NCBI GenBank assembly: GCA_043228905.1
Contig: JBHGNT010000006.1
Span: 16,058,001-16,122,000, forward strand
Source: Azolla caroliniana
Taxonomy: Eukaryota > Plantae > Polypodiophyta
Direction: 5' to 3'
DNA length: 64,000 nucleotides
Positions 1-12,094 of the stretch are shown piece by piece. Under the pieces are notes generated by a model. The model was not told the DNA's origin. It made no database searches and saw only the letters and a program-made list of their open reading frames with translations. Both the position numbers and the translations under genes were made by a program. Position 1 is the first letter of the stretch; each line of letters begins with the position of its first letter.

Positions 1-108
1 ACGTTTTATGGGATTTTCACACTATTGCCGAAAATCTTCACGACATCCACCCCCACCAAACCGCACGTCCTCCGGTACGTGCCAAGAAGAGAGAAAGTGA
101 GATTTCGG

Positions 109-3100
109 CTACGATGATGAATTAGATTCCTCCATGTCTTCATTTACATCTGCCCTATTATGTTCATCATCGAGGTAATCGAGGTCAGGATCCTTGTCTT
201 GTCTTTTCTTGAAAATCTTTACTCTTTTTCTCGCAATGGGTACGGCCAACCTTGATCCGTCTAGTTCCGCAAGGTGGTATGTGGCATTATCGTTGGCACT
301 TGTCACCACATACGGCCCGAACCATCTTCTTGCGAATTTCCTTGTTGTACTGTGTTGATTGTCAAGGGTGCTATCGTAAACCAAAACCCAATCCCCTTCT
401 TCAATCTTATTGGGACGAAGTCGATGCGTGTTGTCGAACCGAACCTTGTTCTTTACTCGGGCTGCCTTTATCATCTTTCGCGATTTTTCTAAATCTTCAG
501 GTCTTCTTTCAAGTTGCCTTATCCGCGCCGCTAATAACTCTTCTCGGCTACCCATGAGGCGATCGTCCTTTCGATGGGCAGAATCGGCTTTTGTCCATAC
601 ATAAGCTCCGTCGGCATATACCCTGTCACCGAGCTATGTGTCGTTCTATCGGCCCACAAGGCATAGGGTAATAGTTGTGGCCAATTCCCGACTCGACCGT
701 TGCATGCCCATACGATGGCTTTAACGATAGGTCCATGCCCTCGCTCGATCTTCCCATTTGCTTCCGGATTGTAGGCAGTCGTGAGGGAGAGCTTCACGCC
801 TAGTCTTTCGAAGAGCTCCGTCGCTTCACGCGCGTCCAACTCCCCTCGGTCGGCCACTATCTTCCCTACACATCCATATCGGCAAACAACATCTTCAAGT
901 AGAAATTTGCAAACGGTTGAAGTCGTCTTATTTGTCAAGGATCGTCCTTCCACTTGATTTGTCAAGTCTTCCCTTGCCAGCGCTAAGTACTTCATTTGTC
1001 CCACTCCCATTGGCATCGAGACCAGATCCACCATCCATTTGAAGTGTATGGTGAGTGGGTATGTCGGCTTTAACTCATCACGATGACATATATTTGAATA
1101 TACTTTGCAATTTTCGCATGTGGACACGAAATGGAGTACATCTTTGTACATGCTTGGCCACCAATACTTCTCCTTCAACTTTTTGAACGTCGCCCATGTT
1201 CCTCTATGACCTGCCCAAGCACTCTCGTGGAATTCGGTCATCAGCGTCTCTTGCTCTTCTTTCTTTACCACCACTCGACGTGGTATTCCTGTCCTTCTTT
1301 TTGGATGTCGCCAAAGGAATCCTCCCTTCAAGAAGTATCGGTAAGCTTTCTTTCGGATTCGTAGGGCCTCCTCCTTTGTCAACGAAGCATTTGCCGTCAA
1401 TGTTCTTAGGAATCTACCGATGAGTAACCACTCTCCTTCGTACTCGTTCTCATTGAAGGCGTGGAGGGTTTGCGTGTCCTGGTCTTCCGCCGACAATCGA
1501 GCCATCTTGAAGAAGTGGAGGGCGACATCTTCATCTTCCGAAACCATGTTACTTCCATTGAAAAATCTTGCCCTCGACAGCATGTCAGCCATGGCGTTCT
1601 TCTTCCCTGCAATGGGACGGATCTCTGGGTTTAAAGACTTGATGTAGACGATCCACCTTAGCATAGCAAGATCTGGGGTCGCACATCCCGAGACCATTCT
1701 GAGAATTGGGAGACAATCTGTCTCTATTATCACTTCTGACCCAATCATGTAATCTTTGTCCGTCTTCACTGCCGACACAATACCCCAAAGTTCCCGCTTG
1801 ACTTGGGCATATCTTTGTTGCCGTTCACTGAGAACCTTTGCTCCGAACCGGACGGCATATCGCGCATTATCTTCACCTTCTTGATTGATGACCCACCTGA
1901 TTCCGGTTGGGCTCGTATCTACGGTCACGTAAATTGGTTTCCCTTCGGCATAGTCGGCCTTCCTTAGTGCCGGAGCTTCAAGAAGCAGTTTCTTTAATCT
2001 TCGCATCGCCTTTGTGTGCTCGTCTCGCCATTCGAACTTTATTCTTTTCTTTAGTAGTCCATATAACAGTTCGGCGACATGAGCGTAGTGAGGAATCCAT
2101 ATATGATAAAACGCGCATGCTCCAAGGAACCTTCGAACCTCCGTTTGGTTTTCGCATTCTTCTTTCATGTCTTGGATTGCGTTCACTTTGGATGGCGAGG
2201 GCTTCCGGCCGTATGCTCCACACAAGTGACCTACCACCAAGATCTCCAGTTGCCCGAATGCGGATTTTTCTCCCGAAAATGTCAAATTCGCATCTTCGAG
2301 CCTTTGAAGCACCTTCTCGCAATCTTTCATATGATCCGCAACGAACTTTCTACAACCTTCCTTATCTTTCGATTCATCTTTCTCCTCATCCGAACATCCT
2401 TTTATCGGAATATCATCCAAGAATGGCATCGTGATGTCCGGAATGCAATCCTTCAAGAATTTATTCATGGCATTCACCATATGAGCCACCGAGTTCGTTG
2501 CGCCTTGGGGTAAGGTACACATCTGGAGTAGAGATCACCAATGGAGTAGATGGACCGGCCCGCAAACGCTTCGGGAAATTCGTCCACGCTCGGACCGATT
2601 CCGACATTTCGAATTGTCACCTTGTTGACAGGTTGAAGATCTTGGATGAATCGCAATGATCCATTCTTCTTCAGCACCGTGAACCACCTATTGGAATAAG
2701 GAGCATTCGATGGTTCTAGAATTCCCATACTCACCTTCTCCTTTAAGAGCTCGATCAGCTTTGGCAGGTGTGCTCTCGGAACCGGTATCGGTTTCAAATT
2801 CCAAGGCACATGAGGCACCGTGAAGATCACCATCGGCTCTATAACCTTTGGGTCGGCGCATCCAATTTCTCGTGGGAAGAATGCGAAAGCCTTCCCATGT
2901 CTCTCAAGCATATCGCGAAACATTCGCTCCTCTTCAGGGAGAAGGAAATCCTCCTTTCCAACTCGTATCCTCTTCAAATCTCTTAAGCTTGGATCGTTAG
3001 CGACTTCCTTCATCTTTTGCCAGCTATCTTCCGGTAGCGGAGCCGCAACTGGCTTGATCTTCTTATCCACCGTTTTATATTTCGTGTTGATGTCAGCTTC

Positions 3101-3471
3101 CTTCATCGAGATGCCACGACAGTATTCATCGATGATAGCGTACATGTTGACGGAGTTAACCGAAATCACGCATTGATTGTGAAGATAGCTCAAGTCCACG
3201 ACGTCCTCGATTTCGTCGATGGTGTCGTTAAATGAGGCTTCTTCCATAATATGAGTCACGAACTCTCCTTCTTTTATTATGTTTTCTTCTTTCAGCATCT
3301 TCTCGAATTCTTGTATCCGGCGCTTGTGCTTCTTGTCGGGTAGTACTAGTTTACATGTGCCACTAGGTGTGACACATGTTGCTTCTCCTCGCAATCCACA
3401 CACTCTTCTTTCTTGTGGGGTCTTGTGATTGCTCAGACTATTTGTGCCCCATGCTTCAATAGTCCGCTCTA
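109..3471 (-). pseudogene. pol (RT-RNase H-integrase) of gypsy A, with internal deletions and frameshifts
   Basis: RT motifs KKNGSLRFIQDL, LPQG, FLDD; RNase H TVDTS/ETDC; integrase H-H-C-C, VADRG, YNPEANGKIERGH. Breaks near 2520 and 550. Confidence 0.9.
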
Positions 3472-5650
3472 AAAATCCGAGGATTCGCCTCCGAGACTAT
3501 CTCGATTCCTTTCATGATTGGCTCGCACCGTTAGGAATTGGACCGATCTTTGGTTGTCAAGACTCTTTATTCGTGCGAAGGCTGCTCCATTATCGAACAC
3601 TTTGGTCTCCATCCGAGATGATGTAATATAAGGTTGCCCTAGGATGACAGGATGCGACGCTGATTCTTGTACGAAGAAGTGTTGATCTATCTCCACATCC
3701 CCGATCATGACTTTGATATTGGGACAAGCTCCGTACAAGTCCTCCGTAGACTTTGTTGCCGCGTGAATCTTCCATCCGTGGTTTGTATTGATTGGCCACC
3801 TTCCTTTTTTGTAGAAGTCGGTTGACATGAGGTTAATCTCCGAGCCGTGGTCGATCAAGGCTACCATGGTCTCTTTCTTCTCCCCGATCTTCATCGGCGT
3901 CTCCGTTGTCGCTCGTGCCCAATGAGGTCGAGTGTAGTGGCTGTCCACCATATCTTCATCGATTTCGTCTCTTGCCATCGTTATGGCATTCGTTTTTGCT
4001 TTTTGCGGCTTCTCTTCTTCCTCGTTCGATTGTTGTCTCTTTCTCTTTACAAGGTCCACGATCGTGTCATGGAACTCCTTCTTCGTAATGCCAAGCAATT
4101 CCCTCAAGGACAAAGTTACGTGGCTATCAAGAACTCGTTCTTCGAGAATCTTCTTTAGGTCCGTCGTCTGCTCTATGTCCGACCTTAGCTTATAGGTAGG
4201 TATAGTCCTTGTCCTCCGAGCGGGGTCTTCGACACCAACCTTCACGGGGCGAACCATTTCTTCAACTCGTATGCCCGGCTCCCCTTTTCGGCTTGATTCT
4301 CGTTCCTCCGTTTGTAAAGGTCGACTCGTCTCCGCATCGTCCTTCTTTTTCGCGTTCCTTGTTTCATGTCTTTTTGATGGGCCTTGCTCTTCTATTCTCT
4401 TTCTCTTTTCTTCGACGAACACCTCGTGGTTGTCGCACATCACCTCTGCGAGTATGGTGTTGTTGTCCACCGGATCCGACCACCCGGTTATGCTTTGCAC
4501 GCTTCGGTCCGCAAGCTCTACCTCGTTCGATGTGACTTTTCCCTTCTTCTCATATTCGAGAACGGAAGTCCAAAACTTTGCTCCCGCTCTAGCAGCTTCA
4601 GTCTTGTCTTTCCCGACTCTTATTCCGGCCGACGCAGCATAGTGCATCGCATCCACATGAGTTGCATCGGCATCCTCCATAGATTTCTTCATTCCTCCTC
4701 TTCCGAAATTCACCCGTAGGGGTCTTCTAGTCTCGCTTGAGTAGATCATGTTGTCCTCTATGTATACGATATTTTGTCGAATCCCTTCTCATGTGGTCCA
4801 TGCTATCACACCACACACATCTAAAGGGTTCTTTTCCTTTAGGGCCGCGACGATCCATGTTGGCTAGCATGACCTTCTCGAACTTCTTCGCTAGCTCTTC
4901 AATGATGTCATCATCAATCTTCTTTTCTTCCACGTTACTTTGTCTTGGCGGCTCAGCTACTTTCGGCGGTCTTGCTTTCTCCGTGGTAGTCGGTCCCGTC
5001 AAGTCGGTGTCATCAACCCATTGGCGACGCTTGTCGAGCCTATTGCATGCCCGCTTCACCGCGATCCAGTCCGCTACGAGCCCATTTGCTTGGGTATCAT
5101 CTTCGAGAAGAGTCCCCAACTCCCATCTATCCTTTATGTCCACGGCCTTCAAGAAGTACAAAGTCTTGTCCTCATCAAGCAACACTTGGTCCGTATTGGG
5201 GAGACGACGAAACATCTGGTCGAATTCGTCGTACACCCTTGAGATGCTCATCTTCTTATTCTTCTTCTCTATCCACTTCATCAGGGCATGTCGAGTCATC
5301 CTCGTTGAGTCTTCAGTCACGAACTCCGCTAGTATCGTTTTCTCGAACTCGGACCACGTTGTCTTACCTTCTTGAAGCTCGATGACGCGTCTTTGGATGT
5401 TGTTAGCGACAACTCTCTTGAAGCTTGTGATTTGACGTGCCTCGGACACGTCCCTCTGATTCATCTCCCTTCTATATGCATCAAGGAACTTCGTAACGTT
5501 CCTTCCATCGAATTGGCCCTCGAGCTCTACGACACGATCGACAGCCTTCTCCACGCTCGCGTTGTTGTCCCGAGATCTCATCATTTGCTCGACGATTAGC
5601 ATCATCCTTTCGAGCTCTCCCGCTTGGTTGCTTGAAGACACCATCTCCAA
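3469..5650 (-). pseudogene. gag + aspartic protease of gypsy A (frame broken near 4740)
   Basis: ORF 4727-5650 (gag, CVWCDS zinc-knuckle remnant) and ORF 3469-4749 (protease ALIDHGSEINLM). Element B encodes the equivalent knuckle-to-protease span as a single ORF. Confidence 0.85.
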
Positions 5651-5686
5651 GTATTAATCTCGACTTGATCCTTCCTACGGCCTCTT

Positions 5687-5703
5687 TCACGTCGGGTTCA
5701 CCA
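5687..5703 (-). other. Primer-binding site complementary to tRNA-Trp 3' end
   Basis: Minus strand reads TGGTGAACCCGACGTGA, complementary to the plant tRNA-Trp 3' end ...TCACGTCGGGTTCACCA. Near-identical site at ~32869-32885. Confidence 0.85.
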
Positions 5704-6169
5704 CTTAATTATGTCGTGAAGATCCGTCACTACGCGCGGATCGTGAGGCGGAACCGCCGGGGTTTTGGACCAGAAGGATTCAAAGTCGGTACAAGCTTTG
5801 GCGCAAGCTTTAGCGAGAAAGTACTTAAGATAGATTGGGAAAGAGAGAAGTTGAGATTACACGATTGAGAGAGATTGATTGAAGTTTTAACTTTAGATTT
5901 AAGAAACAAGTTACACGATCAATTTCATAACAAATTTCTTCCTCTTAATTTTCATAAAAAAAAAACGTGTTTTTTCTCCTCCCCCTTCTTTTATAGATGC
6001 TCTCATGCATATGATGCATGTGAGGGTACAAGACATGCATAAATTGCATGTTTGCCATTTGGCGCTTATGTATTACATGTGGTGCATGATAACAATGTCA
6101 CTCATTTTAGCTCTCATGTATGAGAATTTACATGTAAAAAGTACAATGATAGAAATATAAATTCAACTA

Positions 6170-6240
6170 AATAGCATGGCTTAATGGTAAGCCAATTGAC
6201 TCCTAACTTGGAGGTGCAAGGTTCGAATCCTTACTTGCCC
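6170..6240 (+). other. tRNA-derived sequence (Pol III A/B boxes) inside the LTR
   Basis: A-box TGGCTTAATGG at 6177-6187 and B-box GGTTCGAATCC at 6220-6230; no convincing full cloverleaf. Confidence 0.65.
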
Positions 6241-6281
6241 TCCTTGTATATTTATATATATTTATATATTTATTTATCTAG

Positions 6282-6630
6282 TCGCCGGACGCCGGTTCGT
6301 CGGATGTCGTCGTCTCACCGGCGCCGGATACCGGTGCCGCCACCGGATGCCGTCGGATGTCGTCGGTTACCGGTGCCTCGCCGGATGCCGTCGTCTCATC
6401 GGCGTCGGATACCGGTGCCGCCGTCGGATGCCGTCGGATGTCGTCGGTTACCAGTGCCTCGCCGGATGTCGTCGTCTCATCGGCGTCGGATACCGGTGCC
6501 GCCGCCGGATGCCGTCGGATGCCGTCAGTTACCGGTGCCTCGCCGGATGCCGTCGTCTCATCGGCGCCGAATACCGGTGCCGCCGCCGGATGCCATCGGT
6601 TACCGGTGCCTCGCCAGATGCCGCCAGATC
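6282..6630. repeat. GC-rich 81-bp tandem repeat (~4 copies) in the LTR
   Basis: cggatgYcgtcgtctca recurs at 6301, 6382, 6463 and 6544; seen as a 27-aa periodicity in the ORF track. Confidence 0.9.
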
Positions 6631-7036
6631 ACCGGCCCCATCGCCAGTCCGGTTTTGGTTGGCCAAAACCCTTTACGAGTAGCTAGCCCACCTCCACTCT
6701 TAGTTCAAGTTACCTTGAACTCTCTATGCTCCACACATAAACACAAAGATAATATCTTTTTCTCTACCTTATATATGATGAGAGCCGTATTTGTCGTGCC
6801 TATGTGGTATATCTCACAATTTTCTCTTTTCCTTTCACAAACTTTATACCCTCGTATCTTGACATTTAGTTGTCCGTTTCTCGTGTAATAAAGTGCATTC
6901 GAAACCTCCATCATTTTGTACTTAGATATTAAATTTATTTAAAATGTTAGCTTCACAATTATTGTATTATGTGATTCATACTCGATTTCGTACGTTTTAT
7001 GGGATTTTCACACTATTGCCGAAAATCTTCATGACA

Positions 7037-10000
7037 CCGGTGAATAGAGAAGCGGACCCCATGGCGGCAAAACTCAATGCCGGAACTCAGGAAGAGGAAA
7101 TAGAAGAGGAGCCTACGGAGCACCTCCAGCGACGGTCGTCGGCAAGGACCGTTGAGGTAGCCGGGCAACGTTCAGACCCTCAAACGGAGGGAACACCGGC
7201 TCCCCATACTGAGACTCCCACGCCAAGGGAGGAACCGGAACTAGTGCGCATAGCACCGGAATCAGAAGCCCCTGCACCACCGACGACACCGGCAAGTCCC
7301 ATCCCGCTAGAGCCGGAAAGTTCAATGCAGCCTCCCTCGGCCAACCAAGAAGAAGTGCAAGGGGAACCAGGATAGCAGGGTGGTCCACGGGCAGAAACGG
7401 AATTGCAACTCGGCGCAATCAGGCGGGACCACCCATCTACAAGCGAGCCCATCCGTCAAACCTCCGTGCAAACGCAACAACAAGGCACTGGTAGCGTGTG
7501 GCTCCGGTGGATAGGCGAACAGATTGCCGGAGCAGTGGGGTATATTGAGGCGGAAGAAAGAGCGCAAAGCGAACGGTTGCTCATCACAACCGAACAACTA
7601 GAGACGGCCCGGTCCAGAATCCGGTGCCTTGAAAGAGACTTGGATCAGGTCACGGCAGAGATGGCCAAAATGGCCTTAACGGCAACACAGATCCAATCAC
7701 CGGTGACTCCGGTAAGTGTACAGAATAAAGAAACAGATCAACCTATACATACCAATAAGACCCTGGCAACGGAAACCGTTCCAGAGAGAGATGCGGCGCT
7801 AGCCTAGGAGCTTGCGGAATTGAGAGATGAACTTGCCGCACAAGAAGCGCTAAGGGGCCGGGAACGGGAATTGAAGACAAGGGCCAAAGCAGAATTAAAG
7901 AAGACTACTGAGAACCTCTGTCGGGCAGAGGAGAGCCTCCGGAAAGGCCATCAAGCGTACGACCGGCTAAGGGAGGAAAAAGACAAGGTGCTGCAGGAAA
8001 AGGACAAGCTGCGAAAGACGGCGGAAACGGAAATTGAACGGCTAAAGGAAGAACTCCGCCAGCAGAAGGACCGCGAGGATCAACGCACGGCTCAAGAAAA
8101 AGACAAATGATTTTGAGCACCTGCACCGGGACTACAAACGGCTGGAAACGGAGCATAAGGAACGGATGGCCGAGCTCCAGCAGGAAGTTGATCGGGCCAC
8201 GACGGCGATCGCCGACGAACGAGCGGAAAATACAAGACGGTTGGACGAGGCGGAGAAGGTCCGGATGGAGCTCCAAAGGCAGCAGCAGGAAGAAAAGGAG
8301 AGAGCGTCAACAGTATTGCAGAAATTACAAAGCACATATCAAAGGCAATTGACGCATTACAAGGAGCAGGCAGAAGACAACGTCAAAATCATCAAGCAAT
8401 TGAAGGAGGAACGGCAAGCTGCGGAGACCAAATCGTAGTTGGGAATGGGCCGGATTCAGTGCATCCTCCGGGCATGGCTGAATCAGACAAAACGCTTGAT
8501 TGACGAAAGCTCCGTAAGATGGTGGACAAAGTGGGCACAAAACACAGTGGAACTCCAATTGCTACGGGCAAACGTGGCAAACCGGCGGAAGGAAGGAGAT
8601 GATTGTTACACGTTGACTTCTGAGGACTTCACCGCCATACGGGACGAGCTGGCCGACGACTTCCAAGTCCTGGCGGATGAATAGCTGGCGCAGGTCCGGC
8701 AACTCGTAGCTTAGCTAGACGATGATAGGCTGGACGCTCAAATCCAGTTTGAATGCTACGAGCGGTCCCAGGTTCGGGAAGAAAAAGCACGGGAAGCGGC
8801 AACGGTTAACCTTAGTGATGAGGAACCGTCGCCAGCTGAGGGCCAGGCCGGAACCAGTCAACCGGAGACCAGTACGACGGAGGGAGCAACGACGGCGACG
8901 CCGGTGTCAGAGCAACAAACGGAGGAGCAGCCACAGCAACCACCAAAGGACCAATCGCAGCAGCAATCAATGGAGCAGCAACAGTAGTAGCAGCAACCAC
9001 AACAACACCAACCAATTCCAGAGGAACCATTGGAGACTCTCGAACAAAGCATTCTGGATATTTTGGACGAAGAATAGCAAGGGTCGGATGTGGATTCGAC
9101 GTACAAGGTATTGTCCCACGGGCGTGCCATGTATTACCGGCTGGCAAAGGAGTCCAGAGTGTGAAACGGGGAGTTATTTAATTAGTAGGAATGGTTGTAA
9201 GTAAGCTATGAGTGTGGACGGACGGACCGGAATCGGTATGCCATTCCAGATCCGGACCGATCCCGAACAGGTGCGGATGACACCGTTTTGTACTACAGAC
9301 CGGAAACCTATTTAAAGGCCCGGATACAATGTAATGAGTAGCGGTTAATTAATAAAGCTTAGTGTTGTTATCTCTCTATGTTAATTGTCGTTTTGCATTC
9401 ATTGTTATATCTTACGCGTATGATTATTAAGGACGATCTTGCTAAGTAACTTAATTAAGTCGGATTAAGCGTTGAGTCTAATCTTGTTGGAGGAACACCC
9501 CTTTGGTGAAGTGTCTTCCGTAGACACCATGTGTTAGGCCATTGTCCGGCCCTAAGAGTTAACATCGTTCAATGACCATATCCGTCGTTTCCCCTTTCAC
9601 GCTATTGTTGTTGAGCGTTGCCTGTATGGGTCGGCATAATGCTGCCAGAAATGTCTCTCGAGCCTCGTCCTCCGCGGGGCTCCGTTCTAGTTTCCACTGT
9701 AAATTTTGGAAACGTAAGCTGAAGTCGGCGATCGTCTCGGTCAGCAGTTGCTTAATCGTGTAGAACTGTCCGAGGATTTCGCGTTGTGGAACCCTTCGAT
9801 GGAAGAACCGCAAGAAAGCGGACTGCAGCTGATCGAAGGTTGTGATTGCTAGTAAATCCATCTGTGAATGCCAAAACGCCGCTCACCCATCCAATGTTAA
9901 CCCGAACTCTGTCATTTTCAACTGGTGCGCTACCGCCTCCGAAAGGCTCTACGCCATGTGGTTCGCATTCTAGACATTAAGGAACATGTGAATATGGGTT

Positions 10001-10770
10001 GCGGTGTTGGTTTCGTCGTTAAAGCGGGGATAGGCAAAGGCCATGCTGGGGGCTAAGGCGGGTCGGGAAAGACCACAAGGTGGCTATGGTGAGCGTGCTC
10101 CCTGCGTATCGTCGAGGTATTTGGAGAGCGAAGAATCACCTTTGTAATCACGGCAGGTAGTACTGAGGTCGTTGAGGCGAGGCTTTTGCCGTGCGCATTC
10201 CTCTGCCTGGCGTGTGACGGACCTTGTGATTGGCCGTTCATGTCGTGTTGGTTCCCTGGGGCATCTGCGGGTAAACATCCATTCGTCGTTGTTCGTCTGT
10301 GAGAAGACACAGATCACCAAGCGTGCCAAAAGTGTTACCGATTAGGAACACGGTCTGCGGTCAATCCTTCGACCTAGACCTCCAAGTGATTGTGAAAAAA
10401 TGAATGGTGGCATCTATGCATAATACGTAGGGGAATGTTCCCTGTAACCTATCAACGTATAAGGGAGACGGCTACAACCGACTCCTTAGCAGTGGTTACA
10501 CTCACGTTCTTACACGCTCATGTATTCCAGACACACAATAGATTAGTCGTAGCTATACACAGACTTTCAGAGAAGATAGAATTCTATTACGATACGCTTC
10601 TTTACATTCCAAAATACACGCTCCCTCTATCAGAGGTTTTCTACCCTTTATATACGCAGGGTCTATTTAGCCGTTCACGCTTCCTGCGTGAACCGTTACA
10701 TGCGTTATGATCTTATATTATTTCTTATTCCTACGCTCTTGTCCGTCAGTTACTATTCTGGCGGACAACA
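7037..10770 (-). mobile_element. Athila/Tat-like gypsy remnant: 5' LTR 10333-10770, PBS, truncated gag and antisense coiled-coil ORFs; interrupted by gypsy A
   Basis: LTR TGTT...AACA cuts the copia RT at YVDDLVI. PBS TGGCACGC on the minus strand at ~10321-10328. Retrotransposon gag-like peptide (TTFDQLQSAFLRFF...ETIADFSLRF) at 9559-9861. Confidence 0.6.
7061..9140 (+). pseudogene. Degenerate E/K/R/Q-rich coiled-coil protein (retroelement accessory ORF)
   Basis: Chain of ORF fragments (6944-7375, 7403-7807, 7820-8110, 8166-8438, 8439-8684) separated by single stops or frameshifts; heptad-like composition. Confidence 0.55.
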
Positions 10771-11907
10771 AGGGATGACAAGATCATCCACATAGAGCAA
10801 AATGCTCACTGGCCAGTTACGACCCTGCCAGATGAAGAGTGAAGAGTCTGATTTTGACACACAAACCCCATCCGACATAGTCTCTGCGTGATTTTTTCGC
10901 TCCATGCTTGTGGGGCTTACTTGAGTCCGTATAAGAACTTTTTCAATCAGCAAATACCTGACATGTTCATACCGGACTGAAATCCGGGGGGTTGAATCGT
11001 ATATACCTGTTCCTCAAGGTCACCTTGCCAAAACACGTTTTACACATCCATCTGATGTAGATGCCACCCCTTCGTTGCTGCCACCACAAGGAAGACACAA
11101 ACGGTCGTCAACTTCGCGACCGGCGCGAACGTCTCATCGTAATTGATGTCGTGTTGTTGTGCATAGCCCTTTGCCACTAGTCGGGCCTTGTACCGATCAA
11201 CGATGTTGTATTTGACTTTATATACCCAATGGAAACTGATCGGCTTCACTTCTTTCGGTACATCAACCAAGTCTCATGTCTCATTATCCATGAGCACGCG
11301 CATCTCTTCCTCCATGGCCTTATGCTAGTTCGGATCCTTAACCACTTCTGCGTAGCTGTCCATGTCATGCATGACTGCCGCCTTTGCCATGTACGCATAA
11401 TGATATGCCATATACTCATTATACCCGTATTGGATCACGAGATTCTTTTGGCAGGTGGATCAACGCAATTCCTGGTTCACCGATTTCATGGCCCTCTTGG
11501 CCAATTTCTTCCTTGTTACCGGAGTTTCCTTATTGCTCTTTTCAGAGTCAGATTCACTCCAAGACGACTTTTCACTACTAGTGTCATATTCCGGCATCTT
11601 CCGCTTCCCCTTCTCTTTGCACGTGAACCGTTTCCTTGGTTCCTTGCGCGGGGAGAGCATGACCAAGTCTCCACTACTCGCCGGCTCGTCATCCGGTTGA
11701 CCGCTTTGGCTCTACTAGTCCAGATTTGGTCCATTGATCTGGAGGGAAGTCGGGTTGTCTGGCTTATTGGATTCTAGTATGCTTCCCTATGTTCCGGAGT
11801 CTGTAGCAACATCTTCAGCAATCACCTCGGGTTCGGGTGATGAGAAGTACTACGATGTTGATTCGTCAAAAACAACATCGCGACTAGTTCGGACTTGCTT
11901 TGATTGG

Positions 11908-12094
11908 GGGTTGTAGCACTTGTACCCCATCTGCTCGTTAGAGTAGCCAACCAAAATACATTTCTCAGCCTTGGCATCTAGCTTCTTCTGCATTTCATCT
12001 AGGAGTTGTAGCACTTGTACCCCATCTCCTCATTAGAGTAGCCAACCAAAATACATTTCTCAGCCTTGGCATCTAGCTTCTTCTGCATTTCATC
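11908..12094. repeat. ~93-bp direct tandem duplication within the copia integrase
   Basis: gttgtagcacttgtacccc...ctgcatttcatct occurs twice back to back. Confidence 0.85.

Larger units (their letters stand above)
1..7036 (-). mobile_element. Ty3/gypsy LTR retrotransposon A (non-chromovirus, tRNA-Trp primed); 3' LTR runs off the window start
   Basis: gag, PR, RT-RH-INT ORFs on the minus strand. Bases 1-45 match 6992-7036 with one mismatch (LTR pair). Polypurine tract complement tccacccccacc at 46-57. PBS at 5687-5703. Confidence 0.93.
5712..7036 (-). repeat. 5' LTR of gypsy A (~1.3 kb)
   Basis: TGTCGTGAAGAT...ATCTTCATGACA inverted termini; end is repeated at window start; minus-strand TATA-like CTATAAAAG near 5989-5997. 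Confidence 0.88.

Noticed and set aside
6170-6240. Functional tRNA gene
   Set aside because: A and B boxes are present, but acceptor and anticodon stems do not pair convincingly; treated as tRNA-derived.
6184-6888. 234-aa Arg/Pro-rich ORF and overlapping ORFs
   Set aside because: By-product of the GC-rich 81-bp repeat inside an LTR.
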